A stretch of 64,000 nucleotides of DNA from Candidatus Bathyarchaeia archaeon (lineage in GTDB: Archaea; Thermoproteota; Bathyarchaeia; Bathyarchaeales; Bathycorpusculaceae), in NCBI GenBank assembly GCA_038883775.1, contig JAVZLM010000002.1:64001-128000 (forward strand), in the 5' to 3' direction. The notes below the pieces were generated by a model. That model made no database searches. It was given only the letters and a program-made list of their open reading frames with translations, and had not been told where the DNA came from. Below are positions 9,039 to 18,994 of the stretch, in pieces (the stretch's first letter is position 1; each line of letters begins with the position of its first letter). Position numbers and translations under genes: made by a program.

Positions 9039-10082
9039 TCAGAAGTATTTTGGAATTTTTTGAAGACCTGCAACAGTCAGCTTCACGGCGTATTCTGTAT
9101 CCTTCAAACTGAGTAAGGATGTTGGACTGTGAATGTAACGTGTTGGCACACATATAACGCCGCTTGGAACGCCTTCCCTTGTCAATGATATGCGCGCTGC
9201 ATCTGTTGAGCCTGCCAAACCGGCTTCCAGCTGGTATGGAATCTTGTTTTCTTCGGCTGCCTCTACCAACAAGCGTAAAACTTTCGGATGTGTAATCAAG
9301 CCCATATCCATAATTCCTATCGTGGGCCCCTTCCTAAGTTTTATTGGAGTTTCAACCTCCTTTACTCCAGGCATGTCGCCAGCAACGGTCACGTCGAGGG
9401 CTATGCCAACGTCTGGATATATTCCGAAGGCGGCTGTTGTGGCACCTCTTAGGCCAACTTCTTCCTGCACTGTCCCTACGGCATATATTGTACATTCGGT
9501 TTTCTTCAATTGTTTCATTGTTTCAATCATTACAGTGCATCCGACCCGATCATCAAAGGCTTTGCCGATAACAATGTCCTTTCCAACTTTGGCGAATTTT
9601 ATGTCGAAGCCCACTGAGTCTCCAATTTTTACTCCCATTTTTTTGGCTTGTTCTTCATTTTCAGCTCCAATGTCTATAAAAAGTTCATCGTAGGTGAGGA
9701 CTTTTTTGCGTTCTTCTTCTTTTTGGATGTGGGGCGGCTTGGAACCTATTATTCCATGTAATGGTCCTTTTTCCGTGTAGACTATTACTTTTTGGGCTAA
9801 AAGTATTCGGTCGTCTATTCCGCCTATCTTTGTGAATTGCAAGTAGCCATCTTTGGAAATTGTTTTCACTAGCAAGCCTATTTCGTCCATGTGGGCTGCA
9901 AGCATAACCTTTGGTGCATTTTTCTCACCCTTTTTCACTCCAATAACGTTTCCAAGTTTATCCTCTCTGACCTCATCCACGTAGGGTTTTAGGAAAGTTT
10001 TCATCAAACTTCTAACTTCATCTTCTCTGCCAGCAACACCACAAGCGTTGGACAATTTTTCTAAGGTTTCGACAAGCACCAT
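9039..10082 (-). CDS. M42 family aminopeptidase (TET-like)
   Basis: AAHMDEIG, AFDDRVG, TVQEEVGLRGA, RYIHSP. Confidence 0.93.
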   Translation of the reverse strand: MVLVETLEKLSNACGVAGREDEVRSLMKTFLKPYVDEVREDKLGNVIGVKKGEKNAPKVMLAAHMDEIGLLVKTISKDGYLQFTKIGGIDDRILLAQKVIVYTEKGPLHGIIGSKPPHIQKEEERKKVLTYDELFIDIGAENEEQAKKMGVKIGDSVGFDIKFAKVGKDIVIGKAFDDRVGCTVMIETMKQLKKTECTIYAVGTVQEEVGLRGATTAAFGIYPDVGIALDVTVAGDMPGVKEVETPIKLRKGPTIGIMDMGLITHPKVLRLLVEAAEENKIPYQLEAGLAGSTDAARISLTREGVPSGVICVPTRYIHSPTSLLSLKDTEYAVKLTVAGLQKIPKYF

Positions 10083-10207
10083 TTAATTCACCTTTAGAGT
10101 TTAGTTGGAATTCTAAAACTTTATATTAAACAATTGTGGTATAAAAGAACCAGATTTAAACATGGACAAAGGGTTTCACCCCGTTTTCAAAGGTGAAGAG
10201 ATAACAG

Positions 10208-10807
10208 TTGAGTAAAATTTTGAAAAGGCTCTCCGAGAAGGTTAGGGTCTACCTCCATATTACGAAGGCAAGCGGCATAGCCAGAAGATACTTTGTAATG
10301 AACGGTTTTGACGGAGCCATGACAGCCTTCGGAATAGTTTTGGGCTCATGGATAGCCAACGTTTCAAAACCAGAAATCATCTTGCTTGCTGGTTTAGGAG
10401 CAAGCTTTGCCATGGGATTTTCAGGCTTTTTCGGAGCTTTTATGGCTGAGAATGCCGAAAGAAAACGCCACCTGCGAGAGATGGAAGACGCAACAAAAAA
10501 CAAGGTTGACCCAATACATTATGAAGCTGCACGTTTCGTCACGTTCTACGTAGCCCTAATTGATGGATTATCACCAGCATTAACAGCAGTTATCTCGCTT
10601 ACGCCCTTCATTCTTGCTATAGCTGGATTAATTTCGATATCAAATGCTTACATAATTTCATTAGCATTATCATTAATCACACTTTTCTTGCTGGGCATAT
10701 ACCTTGGAAAAGTGGCAAAAGAAAACGGCTGGTTTTATGGCGTAGCAATGCTGACAGTAGGCGCCTTCACAGCACTAATAATCTTTCTTATTCAACTCTT
10801 CGCATAA
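10208..10807 (+). CDS. VIT1/CCC1-like metal transporter
   Basis: RRYFVMNGFDGA first TM motif, five TMs. Confidence 0.75.
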   Translation: MSKILKRLSEKVRVYLHITKASGIARRYFVMNGFDGAMTAFGIVLGSWIANVSKPEIILLAGLGASFAMGFSGFFGAFMAENAERKRHLREMEDATKNKVDPIHYEAARFVTFYVALIDGLSPALTAVISLTPFILAIAGLISISNAYIISLALSLITLFLLGIYLGKVAKENGWFYGVAMLTVGAFTALIIFLIQLFA

Positions 10808-10867
10808 TTTTAAAACTTATAACCAAAAGCAAAGTTTACTCTTTTCCAATTTGCTGAGAGTGATTAT

Positions 10868-11578
10868 GTGCGAAAGAGTTTACAGTTAAGCCTTGCTTCC
10901 CTATTTGCGGCTTTGCATGCGGTTCTCTACTTTATATCTTTTGGGCTTTGGCGAAACTGGGGAATCTACTTAGAATCCATAGAAGGAATAATTTTAGGTC
11001 CAAAAGTGGGATTCATAGCCGCATTGATTGGCTCTTCAATTGCACGGATTATTAAGCCAATTGATTTTTGGATGTTTGGAATAATAGCTGAACCACTAAG
11101 CGTCTTCGTTGCTGGTTTACTAGCAAAAACGAAATGGAAGCCAGTTATAGGGTTATACGTAATAACCTTGTCAGCCTATTTCCTACATCCTTATGGAAAC
11201 CCTTTTGGGCAAAGTCTTCCACTATGGACAATTCTTGATGTGATTTTTGCGTTTTTACTTATTTATCCAGCAGCCAAGTTTGGTGGAAACTTGTTTGATA
11301 TGAATTTTAAGCGTCTACCTATTAAGTTAGTCTTGATTTCTTTTGTTTGCATAGCCACAGACTCGCTTGTTAGGGTTTTCTTACTTATTCCATGTGGTTT
11401 GCATGGCTTATTCTTTCAAGATTTTGGGACACTTTACACGGTATTTGTGGAAGCTGCTGTTTACTCTTACATTGAAGATTTGATTGTGGTTTTAGTTTCG
11501 TTTGTTGTGGGCGTGCCCTTACTGGTAAGCGTGTTAAAGTTTAATTTGTTAGAAGTAGAAACCGAAAAGAAAAATTGA
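10868..11578 (+). CDS. Polytopic membrane protein, possibly an ECF transporter S component
   Basis: About 6-7 TMs; GIILGPKVGFIAALIGS resembles S-component helix motif. Confidence 0.55.
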   Translation: MRKSLQLSLASLFAALHAVLYFISFGLWRNWGIYLESIEGIILGPKVGFIAALIGSSIARIIKPIDFWMFGIIAEPLSVFVAGLLAKTKWKPVIGLYVITLSAYFLHPYGNPFGQSLPLWTILDVIFAFLLIYPAAKFGGNLFDMNFKRLPIKLVLISFVCIATDSLVRVFLLIPCGLHGLFFQDFGTLYTVFVEAAVYSYIEDLIVVLVSFVVGVPLLVSVLKFNLLEVETEKKN

Positions 11579-11581
11579 AGC

Positions 11582-11803
11582 TTATGATTGTGTTGGTGAA
11601 GGCGTTGGTTGTTGTTTTCGAAGTTCTAGGTATTCTGTCAGCAGCAGAACCCCTTCGATTATTAAGAAAATGCCTACTATGATTCCAATAAGGGCTGGTA
11701 TAGCTATTACGAGAATGCCAAAGATTATGCAGAGAATAGCCAGAACAGGCTTCGAAACTGTTATGCCAATTTTCTTTAATCCTTTTTCAACAACCTCTGT
11801 CAT
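11582..11803 (-). CDS. Small two-TM membrane protein (DUF3096-like)
   Basis: AILCIIFGILVIAIPALIGIIVGIFLIIEGVL; GAGG RBS. Confidence 0.7.
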   Translation of the reverse strand: MTEVVEKGLKKIGITVSKPVLAILCIIFGILVIAIPALIGIIVGIFLIIEGVLLLTEYLELRKQQPTPSPTQS

Positions 11804-11923
11804 TTTATGTCCATCCTCTTACACATAGGTTTAGCCGTTAATATTTAAGGCATTCGCAACCCATGCCCCGTACAATGGCAATTTTTAAACGTTAAAGTAA
11901 CAATAATAATAAGCTAAAGAGGT

Positions 11924-12895
11924 TTGATCTTGCCAGAACAGAAACTTAAGAAGGTGTTTATTTTTTTGGACACTGACAAACATGCAAGTCCCTTTGACGT
12001 ATTGACAACCATAGACGTTTTCCCAGACGCTCAAATATTGAAATATGAAGACGTAACGGTTGAAGATGCTGAAAAAATAGTTTATGACGCCATGTTTCCA
12101 AGAGGCCCCGAGGGCGCAAAACACACAAAAATTTTCATTAACGGACGTGACTTTAAACGGGTGAACGAAATTTTGGAAAAAGCCAAAAAATGTATGTTTC
12201 CACCCTTTGAACTTTCAATAATAGTTGACCCAAGAGGAGCCTACACCACAGCTAGCGCTGCGGTTGCAAAAACCATGGAGCTTTCCATGGAAAAGGGCTT
12301 TGGCGGATTAGAAAATAAAACTGTTACAGTATTAGCTGGAACTGGACCTGTAGGGCAAACTGCTGCGAGACTTTACGCTTCTGAAAAAGCTAAGGTGGTT
12401 ATTACTTCACGCGACCTTCAAAGGGCATCCGCCTTAGCAACAAAGATAAACGAAGAGTTTGGAGAGGAGAAAGTTCTTGGCGTCAAAGCGCAAACTCCTA
12501 ACGAAATTGGAAAAGTCATCCAAAATGCAGAAATAATTCTCTCTGCAGGAGCTGCTGGAACTCAACTTCTTCCATTTAATGTGCTTAAAGAATATGGAAA
12601 AAATTGTAAAATTGTGGCAGACATTAATGCCATACCACCCTTAGGAGTCGAAGGATTAAAATCGAAAGCTGAAGGCGAAGAGATCCTGCCAAACATTTTC
12701 GGAATAGGTGCATTAGCCATAGGGAAACTAAAAAACAAGATTGAAATCGAACTAATTAAAAGGGCTGCAGAAGAACCAAAAGGAATATTTGATTATAAAA
12801 CAGCCTATGAAATAGCCAAAAAAATAATATCTAAAAAAATGGATGAGGAAAAGACGCCTAAAAAAGAAACAGAAAAACAGTGGTTACCTTCATAA
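11924..12895 (+). CDS. NAD(P)-dependent methylene-H4MPT dehydrogenase (MtdA/B/C family)
   Basis: LDTDKHASPFDV, DPRGAYTTASAAV, LAGTGPVG Rossmann motif, ADINAIPPLGVEG. Confidence 0.85.
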   Translation: MILPEQKLKKVFIFLDTDKHASPFDVLTTIDVFPDAQILKYEDVTVEDAEKIVYDAMFPRGPEGAKHTKIFINGRDFKRVNEILEKAKKCMFPPFELSIIVDPRGAYTTASAAVAKTMELSMEKGFGGLENKTVTVLAGTGPVGQTAARLYASEKAKVVITSRDLQRASALATKINEEFGEEKVLGVKAQTPNEIGKVIQNAEIILSAGAAGTQLLPFNVLKEYGKNCKIVADINAIPPLGVEGLKSKAEGEEILPNIFGIGALAIGKLKNKIEIELIKRAAEEPKGIFDYKTAYEIAKKIISKKMDEEKTPKKETEKQWLPS

Positions 12896-12904
12896 AAATG
12901 ATTA

Positions 12905-13054
12905 CTAACTCATGTAAAACATCCTAACAATGTTTCGGATGGCTTTCCTTTGAGAAAATGTTCTTCATCTCCCTTTTTAAGCCATTAAGTTGCACCCAAT
13001 GCTTTGGAAGGATACTACAAGGGATCTGCCTAAAGGCATGATTTTGCGTTCCAT
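12905..13054 (-). pseudogene. Degraded remnant of an AbrB/PhoU-type phosphate-uptake regulator
   Basis: MERKIMPLGRSLVVS, then after a frameshift PKHWVQLNGLK, then QRKAIRNIVRMFYM in a further segment. Confidence 0.5.
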
Positions 13055-13113
13055 ATTTTATTCGCGTAAAATAACTTATACATATACTAGGAAATATATA
13101 TTAAGTTTAGAAG

Positions 13114-13650
13114 TCAAAAGTTATTCTTTATAAGGGAGGAAAACGTCTTTTTCAAGGTTTTATATATTGAGTAGCTGCCAAAGATGGTTGTGGCGCCTTG
13201 CAGTATGTTAAAAACCCATGTTAGTGGAATGATCTCCAAAGGGAACATTAACATGTTGAAAGGCGTCATAATTGCTACTCGCATCAAAACTCCCATCACA
13301 AAAGTGAACGCAAGCCTAAATTTTTTGCTTATCTTTAAGCCCATAGCCATCCCAAGAATGGTTGCTAGTTCTGCAAGGGCTTTCATTAAAGAGCTAATAA
13401 AGTTTCCACTCCGCGCCATTATTGCCACAAAAGCGATAAAGGATGTAAAAACTCCTGGTATCAAACCAAAAAGTAACATGGATAAAGCAACGGGTATTCC
13501 TGTAAAGTCAAATTTCAATGTTGTTAGCAATGGGAAAGGGATTTTCAAATTTGAATACTTTACTGCATAATCAAAAACGACGACCAATGCCGCTAAAAGT
13601 GCCGTGCCTGATAATGTTGTAGAATTTACTTTTATATGCATCATATTCAC
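13114..13650 (-). CDS. ECF transporter S component
   Basis: LKIPFP..LKFDFTGIPV motif, about 5-6 TMs. Confidence 0.75.
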   Translation of the reverse strand: MNMMHIKVNSTTLSGTALLAALVVVFDYAVKYSNLKIPFPLLTTLKFDFTGIPVALSMLLFGLIPGVFTSFIAFVAIMARSGNFISSLMKALAELATILGMAMGLKISKKFRLAFTFVMGVLMRVAIMTPFNMLMFPLEIIPLTWVFNILQGATTIFGSYSIYKTLKKTFSSLIKNNF

Positions 13651-13656
13651 CGAACG

Positions 13657-14697
13657 TTATTTTTGTCTCTTTTTTAGTGAAAGTTTACGCAAAAGATTTA
13701 TGGCATTTATCTCTTCATCCGCACTTCTAGTTTTTATTGCTCCTTCCTTCTCCGCTGCAGAAAATATTTCACCACCACGTTCTGTTCTTATGATTGTTAA
13801 AGTCCAATTTTCTAATCCCAATCCACCTACGGAAATATCAGCGAGTTCGGAGCTAAAGTCTGGGCAAAAGTGGCAGCTTTGTCTTGCGTACTGTTTTGTT
13901 TCCGCAAGCGGTATGGATACAGTTTCAGATTCCAGGGTAACCAGCATTTTCCCTTTAATATTAATTTTCTTGACATCATTTGGATTTATGCCTAATTTTT
14001 TGTGGATATGGTTTTCCATAAGTCCTTCGTATGAGAAACATTCGGAACATGCCAGTCCAATTAAAAATTTTATGGGTGCAACATATTTTTTCAGTCCAGC
14101 CATTTGCATTTTTCTGATGGCGCGAATTTGGCATGGCGTCCCAACGAAGGCTATGTTGTTTTTCTTTTGTTTTATTGCTTCTGTTAGGGCGAGGATGTTA
14201 GGCGAGTAGAAGTATTTTGTTCCAGCGGATTGCAAAATTCGCTCGGCTGTTGTGGCTAGGGTTGGACGTGGATAAAATGGCTTTTCCTTATCTTTCAGTG
14301 TAACTATTGCGCCGTCAACAATCCCATTTTCTAAAGCAAAAAGCAGTAAAGCTGTGACTGCTCCCCCATCTTGACAGACGTTAAGGATTTGGCTGTTTGC
14401 CGCTTGAGTTATGGCGAGTTTACGGTAAATTCCAAATTCCTCTTCAAGTTTTCTTTCTCTTCCAAAAACGAAGCTTTCAACTTTTAGTGAGAGCCATTCA
14501 TATTGTGGGCAAGCTTGGGCGCATATACCGCAAATTTTGCATTCCTTTACTAAGCAAGGTTTTTCATCAACGTATTTTAGACAGCCAAAGGGGCAAACAA
14601 CAACGCATGTGCCGCAACCAAGACATTTCCCTGTGCTAATAACGTTTTTGTCTATGGAATCTTCGAAGCTTATTTTGATGGGACTCATGGTAAGCAC
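13657..14697 (-). CDS. Coenzyme F420 hydrogenase/dehydrogenase beta-subunit family (FrhB/FpoF-like) with N-terminal 2x[4Fe-4S] domain
   Basis: Two CxxCxxCxxxCP motifs, QDGGAVTALL, FVGTPCQ, IGLAC, ADISVG. Confidence 0.9.
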   Translation of the reverse strand: MLTMSPIKISFEDSIDKNVISTGKCLGCGTCVVVCPFGCLKYVDEKPCLVKECKICGICAQACPQYEWLSLKVESFVFGRERKLEEEFGIYRKLAITQAANSQILNVCQDGGAVTALLLFALENGIVDGAIVTLKDKEKPFYPRPTLATTAERILQSAGTKYFYSPNILALTEAIKQKKNNIAFVGTPCQIRAIRKMQMAGLKKYVAPIKFLIGLACSECFSYEGLMENHIHKKLGINPNDVKKINIKGKMLVTLESETVSIPLAETKQYARQSCHFCPDFSSELADISVGGLGLENWTLTIIRTERGGEIFSAAEKEGAIKTRSADEEINAINLLRKLSLKKRQK

Positions 14698-14772
14698 TTA
14701 ATATATTTAAAGGATAAATGATTTAGGTTTAGCTTAGTAAAGCATATCTGTCCCTAAAATGGAGCGTTTTGA

Positions 14773-15531
14773 ATGAACGTTATTCAGATAATTGGAATTG
14801 AAGGCTTACCCATAATAAAGGCTGGCGACAACCTCGCCGAACTCATTTGCAGTGCTGCAGAAAGACAGAAAACTCCCATCCAAAATGGCGATATAATAGT
14901 GGTTACTCATGTTGTTGTCTCTCGTGCTGAAGGCAAAATTGTAAACCTTGATGATGTAATGCCTTCTGCTTTTGCAAAAAGCATTGCTGAACAATATGGG
15001 AAAGACCCAGCTTTGGTTGAAGTTGTTTTAAGAGAGTCAAAAAGCATGGTGCGCATGGACAGAGGAATATTGATAACAGAAAGCAAACATGGATTTGTTT
15101 GTGCCAACTCTGGCGTCGATAAGTCAAACGTTCCAGGAGAAAAAATAGTTGCGCTGCTGCCAGAAAATCCCGACGAATCAGCAGAAAAAATTAGAAAGGA
15201 AATAAAAAGGCTGACGGGTTGTGATGTTGCGGTTATAATTTCTGACACTCATGGACGCCCATTGAGGGAGGGCGAAATAAATGTGGCAATAGGCGTGGCG
15301 GGAATAAAACCAATAAGGGACAGAAGGGGAGAAAAGGACCTTTTCGGATATGTTTTAAGAATTAAAAAAACCGCAATTGCTGATGAGTTAGCTTCTGCCG
15401 CTGAACTTGTAATAGGGCAAGCGAATGAAGGAATTCCCGTTGCTATCATTCGCGGATATAACTACCCAAAATCTGAATCTGCTAGGGCCACAGAACTGAT
15501 AATGTCTAAAGAAAAAGACTTATTCCGTTAA
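14773..15531 (+). CDS. cofE: Coenzyme F420-0:L-glutamate ligase
   Basis: GLPIIKAGDNLA, VCANSGVDKSN, DTHGRPLREG, ADELASAA. Confidence 0.93.
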   Translation: MNVIQIIGIEGLPIIKAGDNLAELICSAAERQKTPIQNGDIIVVTHVVVSRAEGKIVNLDDVMPSAFAKSIAEQYGKDPALVEVVLRESKSMVRMDRGILITESKHGFVCANSGVDKSNVPGEKIVALLPENPDESAEKIRKEIKRLTGCDVAVIISDTHGRPLREGEINVAIGVAGIKPIRDRRGEKDLFGYVLRIKKTAIADELASAAELVIGQANEGIPVAIIRGYNYPKSESARATELIMSKEKDLFR

Positions 15532-15620
15532 AAACACGGCATCGCAAAAAGAAGAGTCAAAGCATTTAAATTTATTCGGTCTTTGTATAATAAAATCCAA
15601 CAGCGGTAGGAAGAGCGAAG

Positions 15621-16550
15621 ATGAGCGGGATATTTACCTATAAAGCGGAAAACGGAAACACATGCGAAATTGTTGACACTTTTGCGGAAATGTTTCCAAT
15701 GTGGGCTGGAAGAGTACTCATAACAGCGGACAACGAAAAATGGGCATTAACAGCAGCTTCTGTCGCCACAGGCTTAGCAACAAGCGTTATTATGTCGCCA
15801 GCTGAAGCCGGCATAGAAGGCACTGTGTCACCTGATAAGACTCCGGACAAGCGTGTTGGTGTTTTAATACAAATTTATAATCGTAATAGGTTTGAGTTGA
15901 AGAATCAGATGATCCTTCGCATAGGACAATGCATCATGACTTGTCCCACAACATCGGCTTTTGACGCCATGCCAAACGCAAAAAGAAGATTGAAAGTTGG
16001 CAGGAGCATAAGATTGTTTGGCGATGGCTTCCAAAAGAAGGGAATTGTTGGAAATAGGAAGGGATGGAAGATTCCAGTCATGGAAGGCAGCTTCTTTGTT
16101 GAAGACTCCTTCGGCGCAGTGGAAGCCATAGCTGGCGGAAACTTCCTAATCTTGGCCAAAGACAAAATTTCTGGACTAATGGCAGCAGAGGAAGCAGTAA
16201 AAGCCATAAAAAGCAAGGCAAGCGAAGTTATATTGCCATTTCCGGGTGGAATCTGCCGTTCAGGTTCAAAGGCTGGCTCATTAAAGTATAAGCTTAAAGC
16301 TTCAACAAATCATCCATTCTGTCCAGAACTGAAAGCGTTAGTGCAAGATTCGCAGGTGCCGGAAAACGTGAACTGCGTTTACGAGATAGTTATTAATGGG
16401 TTGACTGTTGAAGCTGTTAAGAAGGCTATGGGTGAAGGCATAAGGGCTGCTGCGAGCGTTCCTGGCGTTGTTAGGATTTCAGCTGGAAATTATGGTGGAA
16501 AATTGGGTCCTTACAAGGCATTTTTAAAAGAAGTTATTGGAGCAACATAA
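15621..16550 (+). CDS. ftr: Formylmethanofuran:H4MPT N-formyltransferase
   Basis: DTFAEMF, RIGQCIMTCPT, PFPGGICRSGSK, SAGNYGGKLG. Confidence 0.95.
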   Translation: MSGIFTYKAENGNTCEIVDTFAEMFPMWAGRVLITADNEKWALTAASVATGLATSVIMSPAEAGIEGTVSPDKTPDKRVGVLIQIYNRNRFELKNQMILRIGQCIMTCPTTSAFDAMPNAKRRLKVGRSIRLFGDGFQKKGIVGNRKGWKIPVMEGSFFVEDSFGAVEAIAGGNFLILAKDKISGLMAAEEAVKAIKSKASEVILPFPGGICRSGSKAGSLKYKLKASTNHPFCPELKALVQDSQVPENVNCVYEIVINGLTVEAVKKAMGEGIRAAASVPGVVRISAGNYGGKLGPYKAFLKEVIGAT

Positions 16551-16618
16551 TTTTAATCCCAAACTCTTATTTAATGCCATGTCAAGTAGCTTTACGGCTA
16601 AAACAACAGTGAAAACAA

Positions 16619-17884
16619 TTGAGCAGCAAAAAAAGGACATCCCTTGAACTGTTCAGGTTAAAAAAGACATTGAATATGCTAGCTAGCAAAGAGGGAAGAG
16701 GAACGGAGCTTATTTCGCTTTATGTTCCGCCTGGAAAACAGATAAGCGAAGTCATGAACATGCTTAGAGACGAGTATGGCACTGCATCAAACATAAAATC
16801 CACAACTACTCGCAAAAACGTTCAAGATGCCATTGTTAAAACCCAACAACGCCTCAAACTGTTCAAAGAAACTCCAGAAAATGGACTTGTAATCTTTTGC
16901 GGGGCGGTTCCCCAAAACGGGGCTGGAAGCGAAAAAATAGAAACCTACGTTATTATTCCGCCAGAACCAATAAATATATACCTTTACAGATGCGACTCCA
17001 GATTCCACACAGAGCATTTGCAAGAACTTTTGAGGGAAAAAGAAAGTTATGGAATAATCCTCATAGATTCCACAGCAGCCACACTCGCCACACTCCAAGG
17101 CAGAAGACTTGAAATAGTTAGACAAATAACTTCGGGCGTGCCTGGAAAAACCCGCGCCGGAGGACAATCAGCCAGAAGATTTGAACGCCTAAGAGAAATG
17201 CGCCTTCAAGAATATTTCAGAAGAGTTGGCGAACACGCAAACGAAACATTTCTGCCAATTGAAAACCTTAAGGGTTTGATAATTGCTGGACCTGGACCAA
17301 CAAAATACGACTTTGAAAAGGGCGATTACCTAAATTACATGTTGAAAGAGAAGATTTTGGATACGGTTGATACGGCGTATGTGGATGAGCAAGGTGTAAA
17401 GGAGGTTGTGGATAAGGCGCCGGAAATAATGCGGAAAGTGCGTTACATAGAAGAAAAACAGATAATGCAACAGTTTCTCTACGAGATTGGACATGACACG
17501 GGAATGGCAACATATGGCGAACAAGAAGTTAGAAAGGCTTTGGAGGCAGGCGCCGTCAAAACTTTGCTGCTTTCTGAAGGGCTCGACATTGTAAGAGTTA
17601 AGGTGAAATGTAATGCTTGCGGCTATGAAGAACAACAAACAATGAAAAGCCAAATGCTAACAAGCTTTGAACAGAATCTTTACGGAAAGCCCTGTCCAAA
17701 ATGCAAGTCCCCAACCTTACAAATACTGGAGACACAAGAGCTTGTAGAAAATTTCGCTCAAATTGCAGAATACACGAATACGGAAGTTGAGATGATATCT
17801 GGCGAGACTGAAGAGGGACAGATGTTGAAGAATTCTTTCGGCGGAATAGCGGCAATCCTCAGATTTAAACTGCAAAACCAGTAG
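16619..17884 (+). CDS. prf1: Peptide chain release factor aRF1 (with Zn-ribbon minidomain)
   Basis: TASNIKS, YRCDSRF, GGQSARRF; CNAC...CPKC in the C domain. Confidence 0.96.
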   Translation: MSSKKRTSLELFRLKKTLNMLASKEGRGTELISLYVPPGKQISEVMNMLRDEYGTASNIKSTTTRKNVQDAIVKTQQRLKLFKETPENGLVIFCGAVPQNGAGSEKIETYVIIPPEPINIYLYRCDSRFHTEHLQELLREKESYGIILIDSTAATLATLQGRRLEIVRQITSGVPGKTRAGGQSARRFERLREMRLQEYFRRVGEHANETFLPIENLKGLIIAGPGPTKYDFEKGDYLNYMLKEKILDTVDTAYVDEQGVKEVVDKAPEIMRKVRYIEEKQIMQQFLYEIGHDTGMATYGEQEVRKALEAGAVKTLLLSEGLDIVRVKVKCNACGYEEQQTMKSQMLTSFEQNLYGKPCPKCKSPTLQILETQELVENFAQIAEYTNTEVEMISGETEEGQMLKNSFGGIAAILRFKLQNQ

Positions 17885-17893
17885 GCGCTCAAT

Positions 17894-18994
17894 ATGAAGT
17901 ATTCATCTTTATATTTAGATTGGTATACTCACGTTCTAAACCTAAAATATGATTTCCGTTCCAGCGGAATACTTCCCTTTAGGCATAATCTAATGCTTGG
18001 CGAAGTTAATTTAAATGCTAATTATGGGCTTTACATATCACAAATGTTAGCCCAAAGATATAACGTAAAGCAAGAGAACATTTTTCTTTCAAGTGATGGT
18101 GCTTCAGGTCAAAATTCAAGGATAATTCGGTATATAGCGGAAAAAGACAAAAAGAAAAACGAGGCAATAGTAGAGTATCCAACTTATGAACCGCTGCTTC
18201 GTCAAACTCAGAAAAATTTTCCACGCATAAAAAGACTGGAAAGAAAAGAGAACGAATCGTTTAAACTGGATGCAGATGCTTTAAGAAAGATTGTTTCAGA
18301 AAAAACGGGATTACTTGTTATAACGAATCCGCACGCCCCAAGTGGAGCAACCGCCAAAAAAAGCGAATTAAAAGAGGTTATGGCTGTAGCCCATGAGTGT
18401 GGCTTTTACGTTTTATGTGATGAGATATACGCTGAATTTGAAAGAGATTCCATACCCACGCTTTTCTCCGTGGACGACGAATTAGGCATAGTTACAACCA
18501 GCTTTACCAAAGCCTATGGTTTGGGAGGATTAAAGCTTGGCATAGCATTAGCGGATGAAAACATCGTTAACGATTTGCATGCAGATTTAATTAATACCGT
18601 TGGAGGAGCCTCAAACATTGTCTATCTCGTCGCTTGGGAACTTTTAACCAAGGACAGAGAAATTCTTGAAAAGCACAAGCAGAAGTGGATGAGCCTAAAA
18701 AGGGAAACAGAAGAGTGGCTAAATGAAAAGGGTTTTGAATTTTTCCGAAACAAAATTAGCATAACCTATTGGATGAAAACGCCCATAAAAGATACTTATC
18801 AGTGGACAAACGATCACGCAATACCTCGTTATAGTTTAGCACCAGTACCCGGAACATTCTTCCTTTTCAAAAATAACTATGAAATTGTGAAGTCAAACAT
18901 GGTGCGGTTGGGTCTTGGCAACTTAAATCCCTACAGCCAAATCCTACAAGAAGCTTTAGAAACCCTCGAAAAAGCCATAAAAACATACTGTTAA
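17894..18994 (+). CDS. PLP-dependent aminotransferase class I/II
   Basis: TNPHAPSG, DEIY, SFTKAYGLGGLKLG. Confidence 0.85.
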   Translation: MKYSSLYLDWYTHVLNLKYDFRSSGILPFRHNLMLGEVNLNANYGLYISQMLAQRYNVKQENIFLSSDGASGQNSRIIRYIAEKDKKKNEAIVEYPTYEPLLRQTQKNFPRIKRLERKENESFKLDADALRKIVSEKTGLLVITNPHAPSGATAKKSELKEVMAVAHECGFYVLCDEIYAEFERDSIPTLFSVDDELGIVTTSFTKAYGLGGLKLGIALADENIVNDLHADLINTVGGASNIVYLVAWELLTKDREILEKHKQKWMSLKRETEEWLNEKGFEFFRNKISITYWMKTPIKDTYQWTNDHAIPRYSLAPVPGTFFLFKNNYEIVKSNMVRLGLGNLNPYSQILQEALETLEKAIKTYC

